Of a stretch of 64,000 nt of DNA, positions 13,192 to 24,709 are shown in pieces. The translations under genes were made by a program, and so were the position numbers. The notes under the pieces were generated by a model. That model had not been told where the DNA came from. It was given only the letters and a program-made list of their open reading frames with translations, and searched no databases. The stretch covers positions 2,035,894 through 2,099,893 of the forward strand of contig CAJINV010000011.1 of NCBI GenBank assembly GCA_905178155.1. The letters run 5' to 3'. Positions within the stretch are counted from its first letter, which is position 1, and every line of letters starts with the position of its first letter. Origin of the DNA: Amoebophrya sp. A120. Its lineage: Eukaryota; Protista; Dinoflagellata.

Positions 13192-16100
13192 TCAGAGATC
13201 GTCCAGGTAGGGCTTGGAAATATTGTGGATATGTTCCAAAAATTCTGCGTCGGATTTGGTTTCGGCGGCTCCATATTTTTTCGTGATCAGGTAGTCGGTC
13301 ATCTGGACGAGCTTCCCAACGCTCTCCGCCGTTATCTCCAACAGCTCGTCGGTGAGAATGTTGTAGAGCAGGTAGCGGAACTGCACTTCCCGCTCTTCCG
13401 CGCGCCAAAAGAACTCCTCGCGGTTCCCCCCCGTGAGAAACCGGTCCACAAACGTCTCCGTCTTCTTGCGCAGCTCCGGCTCGGTATGACTGTGCACAAC
13501 TTCCCCTTCCCCTCACTTGTCCTGCATGAACAGCAATACAAACGCCGGCACACTTGGAGCGATCGCATGACAAGTTCATGCGCTGATTGTAGCTACTGGT
13601 ACTGTTTGGCGGCTTGCAGAATTTGTAATGCAAACATTGCCAACAGGCAGCAACTCGATTTGGGATTTTGCATGACAAATGAGGGAAACTACAAGGGGGA
13701 CGGGGAGTTGCGTACTCTCATAATCGGTGCTCAAAATTTTCGCCAACAACTTGCTGTCGAAAACACAATTGCTGACAATCATGGATGAAGTAGATGCTCC
13801 AGATCCAGATCCGCTCTTTCCTGCCGTCGCACTGTTATCGCACATTTCCGGGAATAGATGGGCCGCAGACCTCTGAATCAAGTTTGCTTGCTCGCTTAAA
13901 GTTGTAGAACTACACACTTGATCTTCTTCTTGTTGTTGTACTCCTGAACCTCTAGCGGCAGGAATAGCGGCCGGAGAAGTATCTCGTCTCCCCGCCCGTC
14001 GTGTTTGTTGATGCCCGTCACGGGGGCACGCTCGGTCTCGTACACTTTTGCAGCCTTGGTGAAGAAGTAGAAGATTTTTCTTGCGCAAGCCTTCAACCCC
14101 AGTAGTTTTCGTGGTACCACTACCGCCGCCGGCTTGTCGCCTCCCGCCGTCCGATATGTTAGTGAACATAGCTCCCCCTCGTTCTCATTTCTCATGCAAA
14201 ATCCACAATTCCAGTTGCTCCCCTGCGTCACTATTATGCATGACAAATGTCGAAAGCCCAAACAGTACTACAGCAGGTACATAAATTTGTCATGCACAGG
14301 CTCCAGGGTCGCTGGCGTTTGTCTTGCTGCTCATGCAATACAAATGAGGGGGAGGGGGAGTTGTGCACTGGCATATCCAAACTCTTTTCGTCTTCCTCTT
14401 CCGCACCGCCCACCCCGCTTCCTACCCCGTAAAGAAGCGCGTGCTCATCCTCATCTTCGTCGTCGTTTTCTTCGTCGTTGTCAACCTGCGAGTCGCCTTT
14501 TTTAGCACGACCGTGTAGTAGTAGTTTTTTCCCGACAGAAGCATCCTCATCCTCCCTGATGTCGTCCTCCTCCTCGCGCTTTACCCTCTTTCTTTTCGGA
14601 GAACCTGACGACGGTGTCGGTGGCCGGGAACAAAATTCCTCGTCCGGAACCGACGAAACCGGGGTTGCAGGCCGAGAATTCGAACAAGAAGACGGTGTGT
14701 CTGGGATGACGATAACTTCTTCCGTCTTAGCTTTATCGTAGTTTATTTTCTCGTCCTCGCGCCGGCCCTGACAACTCCTCGGCCTCTTCTTTTCCCGCCC
14801 TGGCGGGGCGACGGGCGCGGGCCTGCTACAACTTGATGACGCAGGTAAAGAAGACGAGGAAGCTGCATCAGCTGTGCCAGCTTGTTGATTCCCTACGGGC
14901 CGCGGTGGTCGTACAACGACTGGCACTGCCGCAGCGGCAGCAACTTCCAAACACTCCGTCAGAGCGGCTTCCAAACTGTCGTTGTGTTTCGCGAGAATCC
15001 GCTCTACCACTGCCGGCCCGAGTTGCGGACACATCTCTACTAGATGCGCGACATTTTGATTTGTCGCAGCGCTGGTTCTTGTGTCGCGGTGCGCCGCGGG
15101 AGCTTGTTGAAACGAGAAGTCTACCTCCGGCCGCTTCGGCGAGTCGTCTTCATCATTTCCACAGGGATTATTTGAGGGTGTGCTGGAAAACTCGGAGATC
15201 TCTTCATCGTGAATGAACTTTGCGCGCAACGCCTGAACAGTTGGAAAGCAAATCAATCCAGTTTGAAGTCGTGGTATATCATCCTACTAGTCCCGAATCG
15301 CCATAGCCTGTCATTGCGTTGTTGCCACACCAGGAGATCTGCAGGAGAAGAACTTTTTATCACAAAGGGAATGGAGAAAAAAACAGGGGAGAAAAAAAAC
15401 CTTTTCAAACATTTACGAACGAACCCTGGGAATGAAATCGCACTTACCATGTTCGCGGAAATCCCCAGAGTTTGGCCATTTACCAGAAGGGGAGATGAGC
15501 GCGACCAGTATCTGTATCTGTAGAAGCGGGAGTTTGGCCATTCACCAGAAGGGGAGGGTCGGGAGTTCTACCATTCACCAGAAAGGGAAGGGCGGGAGTT
15601 TGGCCATTCACCAGAGGGGGAAGGCCGGGAGTTTGGCCATTCACCAGAAGGGGAAGGCCGGGAGTTTGACCATTCACCAGAAGGGAAAGGTCGGGAGTTT
15701 GACCAGTCACCAGAAGGGGAAGGTCGGGAGTTTGACCAGTCACCAGAAGGGGAAGGCCGGGGGCTTGACCATTCACCAGAAGGGGAAGGGCGGGAGTTTG
15801 GCCATTCACCAGAAGGGGAAGGGCGGGAGTTTGACCATTCACCAGAAGGGGAAGGGCGGGAGTTTGACCATTCACCGCGCAAGCAGAGTGGAAAGGCCAG
15901 GAGCTGGACCATTCACCGCGCAAAAAGGCTGGAAAGGTCAGGGGCTTGACCATTCACCACGCAAACAGAGTGGAAAGGTCGGGAGTTTGGCCATTCACCA
16001 GAAGGGAAAGGGCGGGGGTTTGGCCATTCACCGCGCAAACAGAGAGGAAGCGCCGGGATTTGCGAAAGCGCAAAGGCCAAAGCGCAAAGGCGAAAGCGCA

Positions 16101-19100
16101 AAGGCGAAAGCGCAAAGGCGAAAGCGCAAAGGCGGAAGCGCAAAGGCGAAAGCGCAAAGGCGGAGGCGCGGACTCCGTTTCCCTTTTTTCGTTTTCTGTT
16201 CTCTGCAAAACCTCACAACTCGCCCCGCTCAATGCTAGGAGCTATATCATCCTGCTACTACTACTAGGCCCGAATTGCCAAAGCCTGCCATTGCGTTGCC
16301 ACACGAGCAGATCTGCATGCTCATCCTAGAGCAATCTTCTTATCACAAATGGAGAAAAAAACAGGAGAGAAAATAAATGTCATTCAACATTTACGTCGAA
16401 CGAACCCTGTGCAAGAAATTAAGCTTACCATGTTCGCGGAAATCTTCAGCCTTGCGCACAAACTCTCGGGTCGTGGTCCCTCGTCCCCCCCGGAAATCCC
16501 CACCAAACTCGATGAAAACAGATCCCGCAACTCCGCTCGGGCTTTTTTCTGCTCTTCCTCGATCACGGCCAGCTCGTTCAAATAGGCGTACAGCGCCAGC
16601 TATGCATTGCAAATATGTCCTCTATGTCTGGAAACTTGTGATGCAAGGAAGGGAATTATAGTGAGCTCACAGTAAAAATGCGCTCCCAAGCACGACAAGT
16701 CTTTTTCATGCTTCTGAGTTGCGTGTTCCGCATCACAAACTGCGTTTTTGCACCATGACAGGGAGGAAGAGCTCTTCGCGGCCACGCAATACAAAGGTCA
16801 GAGAGAGTAATGCCAGACTAGCATGACAAATCTCGCGATCTCCCAGACCCAGACATTTTTGCATTTGATACCAGCTGGATCTCGTGCACCACTTCCAACT
16901 TCTGCACGCACTTGAATTCAAACACGCACTTTACTTATGGAGAGAAAAAAGTTGGTCACAGTCACTAAGTTGCAGGTTTTGCATTACAAATTTTTTGAGC
17001 ATCACAACTTCTCCTTGTATTGCAGAAACACTAAGGAAATCCCTGAAAAAGTGTGGCTGTGATGCATTTTTACGCATGACAGACAATTTTGTATTGCAAA
17101 AATGCCCATGAGTGATCGTGACGAACTTTTTTCTTTTGATATTACTTCTTTCGACTTCACAAACAAGTCCAGATACCCCTCCAGCCGCCGGTCCTTCAGC
17201 TATCAAAATGAAAAATCACCCCTCCCCATATTAAAACGGACATTTGTGTAGCAGGATTTGCGATCACAAGTCAGTTTGTCATGCTAGAAGGCAAATAAAG
17301 ATGCGAACTGTAGAGCTGTCTGGTATGGGAAAGCCTTGCAGCTTCAGCATGACAGAAGGCAACTGAAAGTGGAATACAGCATGACAAATCGCCTGCAATT
17401 GAGTCCGCCACTGCGTCTCTTGGCCTTCTACCAATACAAGTCGATTTGTGTATGCAAATCCAGCATCACAACTGTTCTTTTCTATACGAACAGGGGGAAT
17501 TTTTCTTCACAATATCAGCTCTCTCCTTCCTTCGCGGACCAGCTTTTTCTCAAACACCGCGGAGTGTTTATCATTCATAAAAACGTCCCCATCTTGCAAA
17601 TCTTCATGCATAAATTGTTTCTCATGCGGAGCCCCATGCGAAGAAGTTTCTAGTGGCGTTGTGAGATTTGTCATGCTCAAATCAGCGCGGCATGCTAGGT
17701 CTCTGATGCTGCTGCACTAGCTAAACGCGACTACACTACGAGGCCAAACTTGTCATGCGCAACAGCCTAAGCTGGTCGATTTGTCTAGCAGATTTCCCAA
17801 CTTGATGACTCTGGAGTGGGGAGGTCTTCACGCAAGATAGTGTTCGGTAATGGCGATCTTCGCTGCTCTGTCCTCGTCCCTCTTGCCCTTCTCGTCGTGT
17901 GGTTGGTGGGCCGGCGAGGTACAGGTACCCGCCCCTTCCCGCATGTAATATGACCCGCTCAGGTGTTACAATCTCAAATCGGTTACCATAGAATATAGAA
18001 ATCCACCAAATCTGTGATGCAAGAGCTGCAGTATCTAGCTAACTCTCATGGGATTGCGCATGACACGTTCTGGAGTCCCAAACCGCACTAGAATGATCTG
18101 GCGAAATTTGTATTGCAGAAAGGGGAATGCTGTCCGAGTCTGTCATGCTCATCATGCAACACAAAATCCAGATGCAATTGTAACGTTTTAGATTGTAACG
18201 TTTGAGCAGGTCATATGTAAGCATCGAAGCTTTTGGTTTCCCCGAACACGGCCTGTTCCTCCTTGAAGAATTCTCGATTATGCATTGCAGAAGTATAAAA
18301 AGCATCTAGTATAAACAGCATTACAAAGTTGCTCAGCATTAGAAACATAATTTGTATTGCGCAATTACTTTGAGAAGTAGATTTGTAATGCATGACTGCG
18401 ATGGTTACCACGACCACGAGCACAATACTTTTGCAGTGCATATCGATTCAGGGAAAACAACCGCTCCGAGCACCGCTCCAGCTGCTGCTGCGGCAGCCAG
18501 GAAAAGTCGGTGATTTGGCTCAGCTTGTGCACAAAACCGGAGGTCACGGCCACGTATTTGGTCGCAATCTGCAGCAACTCCTTGGACGCAAGCGTCGCTT
18601 TGACCGGGAGCTCCTGCACGTCGCGCCTCCTTGCACTCGCATTTTCTCCGGTAAGAAGTACGACCGGACTGTCCACGTCGGGGGAGCCCGAGCCGCCGCT
18701 AGTACAGTAACTTCCGTCCCCCGCCTTGTCTTCCCCAACGCTGCCCGCGGACAGGGAGCTGCCCCGAGGCTGGTCGCGGGAGTTGTAATGGTGTTCCTGT
18801 TGTTCCTGCGAAGTTGTAGCAGTGGTTCTTACGTTTTTTCCGCCACCAACGTCCTCTTTCATCTGCTGCTTTCGCAGCAGCAATTCTTTCCCGACGTTCC
18901 CGAGCAGCATTCCCTTGCTTGCCGTCTTCTTGTTGTCCTTTTTCTTTTTCTTCCCGAAACCAGCAGCCTTGTTTACGTTTTCTCTTTCCTCCAGCTTCCG
19001 CCTCCTGGTTTCGGCCCGGTCTTGCTGTATAACCCGCTCAGGTGTTACAATCTCAAACGTTACAATAGAGTCTGGAATGCGCAACATCTGGCCTACTGCC

Positions 19101-22100
19101 ACAGGAGCGCACATGACAAGTTTCGGGGTTCCCAACCCCATGAGAATCTGGCGAAATCTGTAGTATTGCGAAAAGCCCAAGTCTCTGTATGGTACGTCTC
19201 ATACTGTTCATGCAAGACAAATTTCAGCTTCTATTGTAACGCTTGAGATTGTAACATCTGAGCAAGCCATATGCTGCTCCTGCACCTTCTGTGCGATATC
19301 CGCCAGGCAGTAGGAGTCGCGCACGATTTGCACCAGGCTCTGGTCGGGATGCCGAGCCTCCGCGCTGAACAGCGCCCATCCTGTGTAAAAACGCCCCCAC
19401 CCCAGAGCTGTCATGCTAATCTGCATGCTGAGAATGTTTCTCATGCGGAGCCCTATGAGAAGTGTTTTCCAGTCGTGTTTTGGAATTTGTCATGCTCCAA
19501 TCAGCGTGATATACTAGATCTGTGACGCTGCTGAGCTAGCTCGGACAGCACTACAATACGAGTCCAAATTTGTCATGCAAAACAGCCAAAACTTGTGGAT
19601 TTGTCTAGCCGAGTCCTCATCTTGACTATGGGGTGGGAACGTTTTTACATAGGATAGCGCCTGCAGGATCGCCAGACTGCGGCCCTTGGTCAGCTGAAAC
19701 TCGAAGTAGGCGGGAATCGCGGTGCCCGTGATTTCGGACACCGTCTCGTGCGTCTCGTGCTGTTTCGTCTTTCCCGAAATGCTGATCGGCTCCTTCGGCA
19801 GGCGGATCTGCTTCGTTTCGAAGTATTTCTTCGTGCGCTCTAGCACCAGATCCGGCAGGTGCTTGCACAGCACCGTCACCGGCGTCTCGAAGACCTTTTT
19901 CCTGTTCACCCGGCCGGCGGCGATGTCCAGCACGATCTCATCCCAGGGCTTGTCGATGTCGAAATCGTCGTCCGACCCGTCGTCTTTCTCTCTCAATTTG
20001 ATATGAGAGTGCTCAACTCCCCCTCCCCCTGATTTGTCATGCCAGTTACCAAATCCACGCCAAGTCTTCGACCTCTGTTTGCATGACAACTTATTCTGGC
20101 AGATTAAACTAGCACTACATGATGACTACTGTGCAGATTTGTCATGCGAAACCTGCATTTTTGCTGACACTTGTATTGCTGTTCATGCTATACAAAAGAG
20201 GGGAAGCAGGGGGAGTTGTGCACTCTCATATTTGATCTCCGCATCCTTGACGACCATCGCGTGCGCGTCCAGCGCTTCCTTATTCAGGAAGGGCAAGTAG
20301 TCGTTGTTGCAGTGGTGCAAGAACGTGACCCGTTCCAGCGACCGCGTGGCTGCAACATACAGTTCGTTCGGACACAAGTTTGGGTTCTTATCCTTCTTGT
20401 AAAACTCAAAGTAGGAATTGTCAAACCCATACACGATCACCACCTTCCGCTCCAAACCCTTCGCCTGGTGGAAGGTACTGAAGACCAGCTTCTTTTTCAT
20501 CACGTCGCTGTCCAGCTTCTCCTCATCGTGCGACGGTACGAACACGTTCACGCCGCGGGTCTCGGTCCGGCTCTTCAGCATGTTCTCCAGCTTGCGCACG
20601 GGCGTTTTTTCGCTGCGAATGGAGGGCGCGAGAATAAAGATGTCCTCGGGCTGGTAGCGAAACGCGGTCAGATACATTACCACCTCCTCGAAAGCCTTCC
20701 CCGGCCCGCGGCCGTCGTGCGCATAGTCGTTGCCGAAAGATATCCATAGTAAAATCAAAATTCCCGCACACGTACAAATGCCGTTTCTACATAATAAAGC
20801 TTTTTCCCTTCAATCCTATTTAGCATGACAGGTGGTGTCTGCTCATCTCAGTTGGCGAAGTTTGTGATGCTGACTGTACTTACATGTAGGGGAAATTTGT
20901 ATTGCATAAAACAGTTGCAAATCACGTAACGCGGCAGAAAGTTGGACTTCTTCTTCGAGACCAATCGAATGTTCGCATGCAATGCAAATACGTCTGAGTG
21001 TGCTGCAAGCCTGTGATGCAAGTCAGGGAAAATCAATGCGCACACTTTAATGCGCTGTCAAGCATGACAAGTTTTTCCGTGGTTCTGAGTTGCGTGCTTA
21101 TTGTTCCGCATGAGAAACTTCGTTTTTGCATGACAGGCAAGAGGAGCTTTTTACTCTTGCAGCCACGCAATACAAAGCTCAGAGTCATGCCAGAGTACTA
21201 GCATGACAAACCTCGTCGAAATATTCCAGTTGACCCAGACATCATACGTATTTGCATTTGATAGTTCGCTTGGTTGTGCAGCAGCACCTCGTTGACAAAG
21301 TCGGCCACCTCGATCGGACACCGGAAGGTTTCCGAGAGCTGCAACCGGACCCAGTTTTGATGTCGGAACATCAAAGGGTTGTCACGAGTTTGCGGCCCAC
21401 GGCCGTCGTCGCCGACGATCTCGATTTCCTTTCCTTCGCGGGTAAACGTTTTCCGCGGCTTGTTGAACTTGAACAGCTCCGGGGCAAAAACGATGAACCG
21501 CTCATCCGCCAGGTTAAACTGGTAAATGGACTGGTGGCGGTCCCCCATCACGATCAGCTTTGGCATGAAACCAAATTTGTAAATATCCTGAGTAAAAACG
21601 TACCCACACCAGAGTCAGGATGGGGATTTTGCAGCACAAACCTAGGAGTTTTGTGAGTCACGCATGACATAAACAGACTGTGCTACTGCGGGCGAGACAT
21701 TGTGTATCAGGTGAATTGATCAACCCGAAGACGCCGCCTCCCCGGGCCCTACGGACCTGGCACTCCCAACTATACTCCCCACACGAAACGCCACCAATAC
21801 AACTGTAGGACATTGCCAACCACCCCGTGAGTCACGCATGACAGGTTGCACTCTGCAGTGTAGTGCAGGTTAGCAAGTGCAGCCGCATCACAGATTCATC
21901 TGCTCATCCTGTTCACAGCATCACAAATTCCAAAACGCGATTGGAAATGGCTCTCATGGTCATGCAGATGCGCGTTACAAGTCTTTTTGTCTTTGCAAAT
22001 CTGCATTACAACTCTGGCGTGGGTACGTTTTTACTCAGGATAGTAAAAGTGGTCGCGGCGAATTTTGCACACGAGCTCGTAGTACAGTTCCGTCAGATCC

Positions 22101-23637
22101 TGCGACTCGTCGAGGATCATCAGATCCCATCTCGGTAGCGGCTGTTTCGTTTTCGTGTCCTCTATGGATTGCAAAAATGTCTGGGTCTGGAAGATTCTTA
22201 CATGTGTCATGCATGGCTGACATGACTCGAGATGAATCTGTGATGCATGGGCACGAAAAGGCTCTCCTATCTGTCATGTAAAAAACGTTGTTTCTACTCT
22301 CTCATGCGGAATACGCAACACATAGCAGCTCAAAAATTTGTCATGCCTGGCTGCGTATTGCAGTCCAGCTATCAATCATCCACTTTTAGCATTACAAGTT
22401 TCCAGACCCAGACATTTTTGCGGTTGATATCCTCCGGTTGGCAACGATACAAACTCGGCTGCGCCGAAGACGCAAACTGACTACTTGTCGTGACCCGCGT
22501 GGCTTGCGACCCGCTGGCAGCAGGGATTGTTCCATTCTCCCCAACTCCGAAAGGTGGGTTCGAAGAGGTTCCGAAAAAAACGTCTTTTTTGCCAAAACCT
22601 TGTACTTGTGTGTGAGTTCTTTGATTGGGATTTCCATGTTGTACTAGCCCAGAAGGCGTCCTCGTGGTGGTGCCAGTAGCAAAAGGTTGATTATTCGTTC
22701 CGAAGGACGATCCAAATGTCGCTGCGAATGAGCCAGGCGTTGCGGAGGTAAAACCGGCAGCTGTGCCGAAAGCCGGGGCCGCGTCGGTTCCAAAACTGGT
22801 AGCCCCTGGTTGTGCGGTACTACCGAAACCCGCGGACGCAGCCGGAAACGCGGGCGTCGCGCCGAAAGCGGGTGTGGCACCGAAACCCGACGGGGTGCCG
22901 CTGAAAAACGAAGTTTGCGAGCTACCTGCATTTGGCTGCGTGAAAGAACTGCCGAAACCTGCCGTCCCGAAGCTGGAAGTGGAAGATGCAGCGGAAAAAC
23001 TCCCAAAACTGGAGCCAAAATGAAAATCCGCGTTCGTACTACTATTATTCCCGCCAAAGGAGCCACCAAATATTGAATCAGAGGACGGCGCAGTTAAAAA
23101 TGCGGACGAGGACGTCGACCCAGGAACCGATTCTTGCTGACCGACCTTATTTTTTGGCCGCTTAGTTTCCAGCATTCTTCGCAGCTGATCGTCCCGAAAG
23201 GCCTTGTCCTCGTAGTACTTCACAGCGAAGGAATGGTAGGTGTGGCACTCCACCGTTTTGCCCAGCCCCATCTTGTCGATCTTCGTGCGCGTTTCCACTT
23301 TCAACTTTGCGTTGTAGGTCAGCAGGAGAATCTTCTTGTTCAACTTCACAAACTGCGTGGCCAAGAACAGGTTGCAGGTGGTTTTCCCCGATCCGGCGAC
23401 AGAATCCACGACGACATTCGCGTTTTGTTCCAGCACAGCGAGCCCCACCTGCTGCTGCTCCGCGCTGGGTGGCGGGAGATCATACAACGCAGCGTCGCGC
23501 ACGGCGGAGTTGCCCGTGACTTCTTGTTTACTGGGGACACGGTTGTCCCGCGCAGGTGCTGCTGCCCTCGGACCGCGACGGGCGTCTCGCGAAGAGCGAC
23601 CCTGAAATCTTGCCGACCAGGAGGAGGCGCCTGACAT
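13192..23637 (-). CDS. UvrD-like SF1 helicase fused to a PD-(D/E)xK nuclease, with FG-repeat insert and CUE-like domain; about 17 exons
   Basis: Helicase: VDSVAGSGKTT, LLLTYN, HTYHSF, MILDESQD, VMGDRHQSIYQF, LSETFRC, STFHQAKGLE, LYVAATRS. Nuclease: EGYLDLF...VFEFKCV...HEIQLALYAYL. C-terminal YLLYNILTDELLEI. Joining 13192-15283 to the rest relies on an inferred GT-AG intron at 15284-16428. Confidence 0.8.
13485..13722. mobile_element. Introner family E (TIR TATGAGAGTGCACAACTCCCC)
   Basis: TSD CTCGG/ATCGG. Confidence 0.85.
14155..14375. mobile_element. Introner family E
   Basis: TSD TCCGA/TCCAA. Confidence 0.85.
15275..15463. repeat. Imperfect ~190-bp direct repeat, copy 1 (copy 2 at 16243-16444)
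   Basis: Both copies run TATATCATCCT...CTTACCATGTTCGCGGAAATC. Confidence 0.9.
15464..16040. repeat. 30-bp minisatellite (GGGAGTTTGRCCATTCACCAGAAGGGGAAGG-like), degenerate at the edges
   Basis: More than 12 tandem copies visible directly. Confidence 0.95.
16062..16165. repeat. 14-bp tandem repeat (AAAGCGCAAAGGCG), about 7 copies
   Basis: Visible directly. Confidence 0.95.
16243..16444. repeat. Imperfect ~200-bp direct repeat, copy 2
   Basis: Aligns by eye to 15275-15463. Confidence 0.9.
16601..16870. mobile_element. Introner family A
   Basis: TSD CCAGC. Confidence 0.9.
16936..17141. mobile_element. Introner, singleton TIR TATGGAGAGAAAAAAGTTGGTCAC
   Basis: TSD TTACT. Confidence 0.85.
17201..17514. 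mobile_element. Introner family F (TIR TATCAAAATGAAAAATCCCCCCTCCCC / TATTGTGAGGAAAAATCCCCC)
   Basis: TSD TCAGC. Confidence 0.88.
17569..17839. mobile_element. Introner family B (degenerate)
   Basis: TSD GTGTT. Confidence 0.82.
17949..18215. mobile_element. Introner family H (TIR TATGACCCGCTCAGGTGTTACAATCT)
   Basis: TSD TGTAA. Confidence 0.88.
18279..18442. mobile_element. Introner family C
   Basis: TSD TCGAT. Confidence 0.85.
19028..19271. mobile_element. Introner family H
   Basis: TSD TGCTG. Confidence 0.88.
19377..19656. mobile_element. Introner family B
   Basis: TSD GCGCC; left end CAT instead of TAT. Confidence 0.88.
20002..20230. mobile_element. Introner family E
   Basis: TSD TTTGA. 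Confidence 0.88.
20741..20908. mobile_element. Introner, degenerate singleton
   Basis: TAT...ATA ends; TSD AAAGA/AAACA; internal GCATGACA motifs. Confidence 0.7.
20976..21263. mobile_element. Introner family A (degenerate)
   Basis: TSD GTTCG. Confidence 0.82.
21584..22042. mobile_element. Introner family B carrying a 157-bp secondary insertion
   Basis: TSD GTAAA; 17-bp internal direct repeat. Confidence 0.9.
22163..22429. mobile_element. Introner family A
   Basis: TSD TCCTC. Confidence 0.9.
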
Positions 23638-24709
23638 TGTCCGACCGTTCTTATTCTAGTGGCATGTTGTGAAAAGAATGATGGTCATATAGGATTCATA
23701 TAGGATTCTACTGTTCTTTTTCAACTACATACAATGAAAGAAAATGTTTATAACCACACGACGCAGACGGCAGTGGACTTCACTTTATTTCTACGACCGA
23801 GATACAATAATTTCTGAAAGAAATGCGATTCGATTTATGTTGTACTTATATATCCACATGATCACGAACCAGCGAGTGCTGATTTACTTCTCCATCTAGT
23901 TGTTTCTTAAGTGCACATGCACCTCCACTGAAGTCTACACTTAACGACCAATGAGCTGGAGCAAAGTTTGCGATCGATTTGAATTCGGATTTTGTTCACC
24001 CGCACAAGTAAAGTAATGAGCTCCGCAGCTCGGAAGAGTCGGTTCCTTTATCACGACCAAAGCAGCTTGCTTCCAGCATCAAGAAGCACAAAACGATTCA
24101 ACCATAGCCAAATAAATTCGGCATGAGCGCGAGGGCAGTCGGGAGTTCGAAACAAACTCCCCCAAAAAGAAGCAAACAACACGACCATTGCCGTTTTTCA
24201 GAAGTCGCGTTTGCTTTTCCTTCTGCTTGCGGCCGCACAGGACGTTTGCCGCTCAACTGTTTTCCGCGGTGTTCTACAATCATTCGTTCACGACCAGACT
24301 AAAAACGTCCACTCAGCACATTGAAGTATGTCAACGTGGTTTTATTGTCATCCATCTTCACCAGTGCGAAGCAGGATCAAGGCCATCTTCCCTACGTGCG
24401 TTCGTTCTTCAGTTTCTTAGAGCTGATGTGTAAAACCCATTCTTGATCTTTCCTTCAAAGTGCCCAATCCTCGTCGAATCGAGACGGTAACAGTCAAGAG
24501 TCAACAGCTGCCTCAGCATAGCCAAAATGTCACCATCTGTACAACTACCGGCTAGTTGCACTGCTACTTGTTACGATGGGAGAGGACAATGCGAGGATCA
24601 AACTCAAGCAGACGGTCGGTAAAGCGCATTTATTTTGTCCCGCCGTGTAGCCAAGAACGCTTCTTGCTAGTGATGTTATTTTCCTCGTACATTTATGCTT
24701 CTCCTTCTT

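Noticed and set aside
15432-16329. Long ORFs (268 aa and others) over the tandem repeats
   Set aside because: Stop-free frames are a by-product of the 30-bp and 14-bp periodicity, and the region is best explained as intronic.
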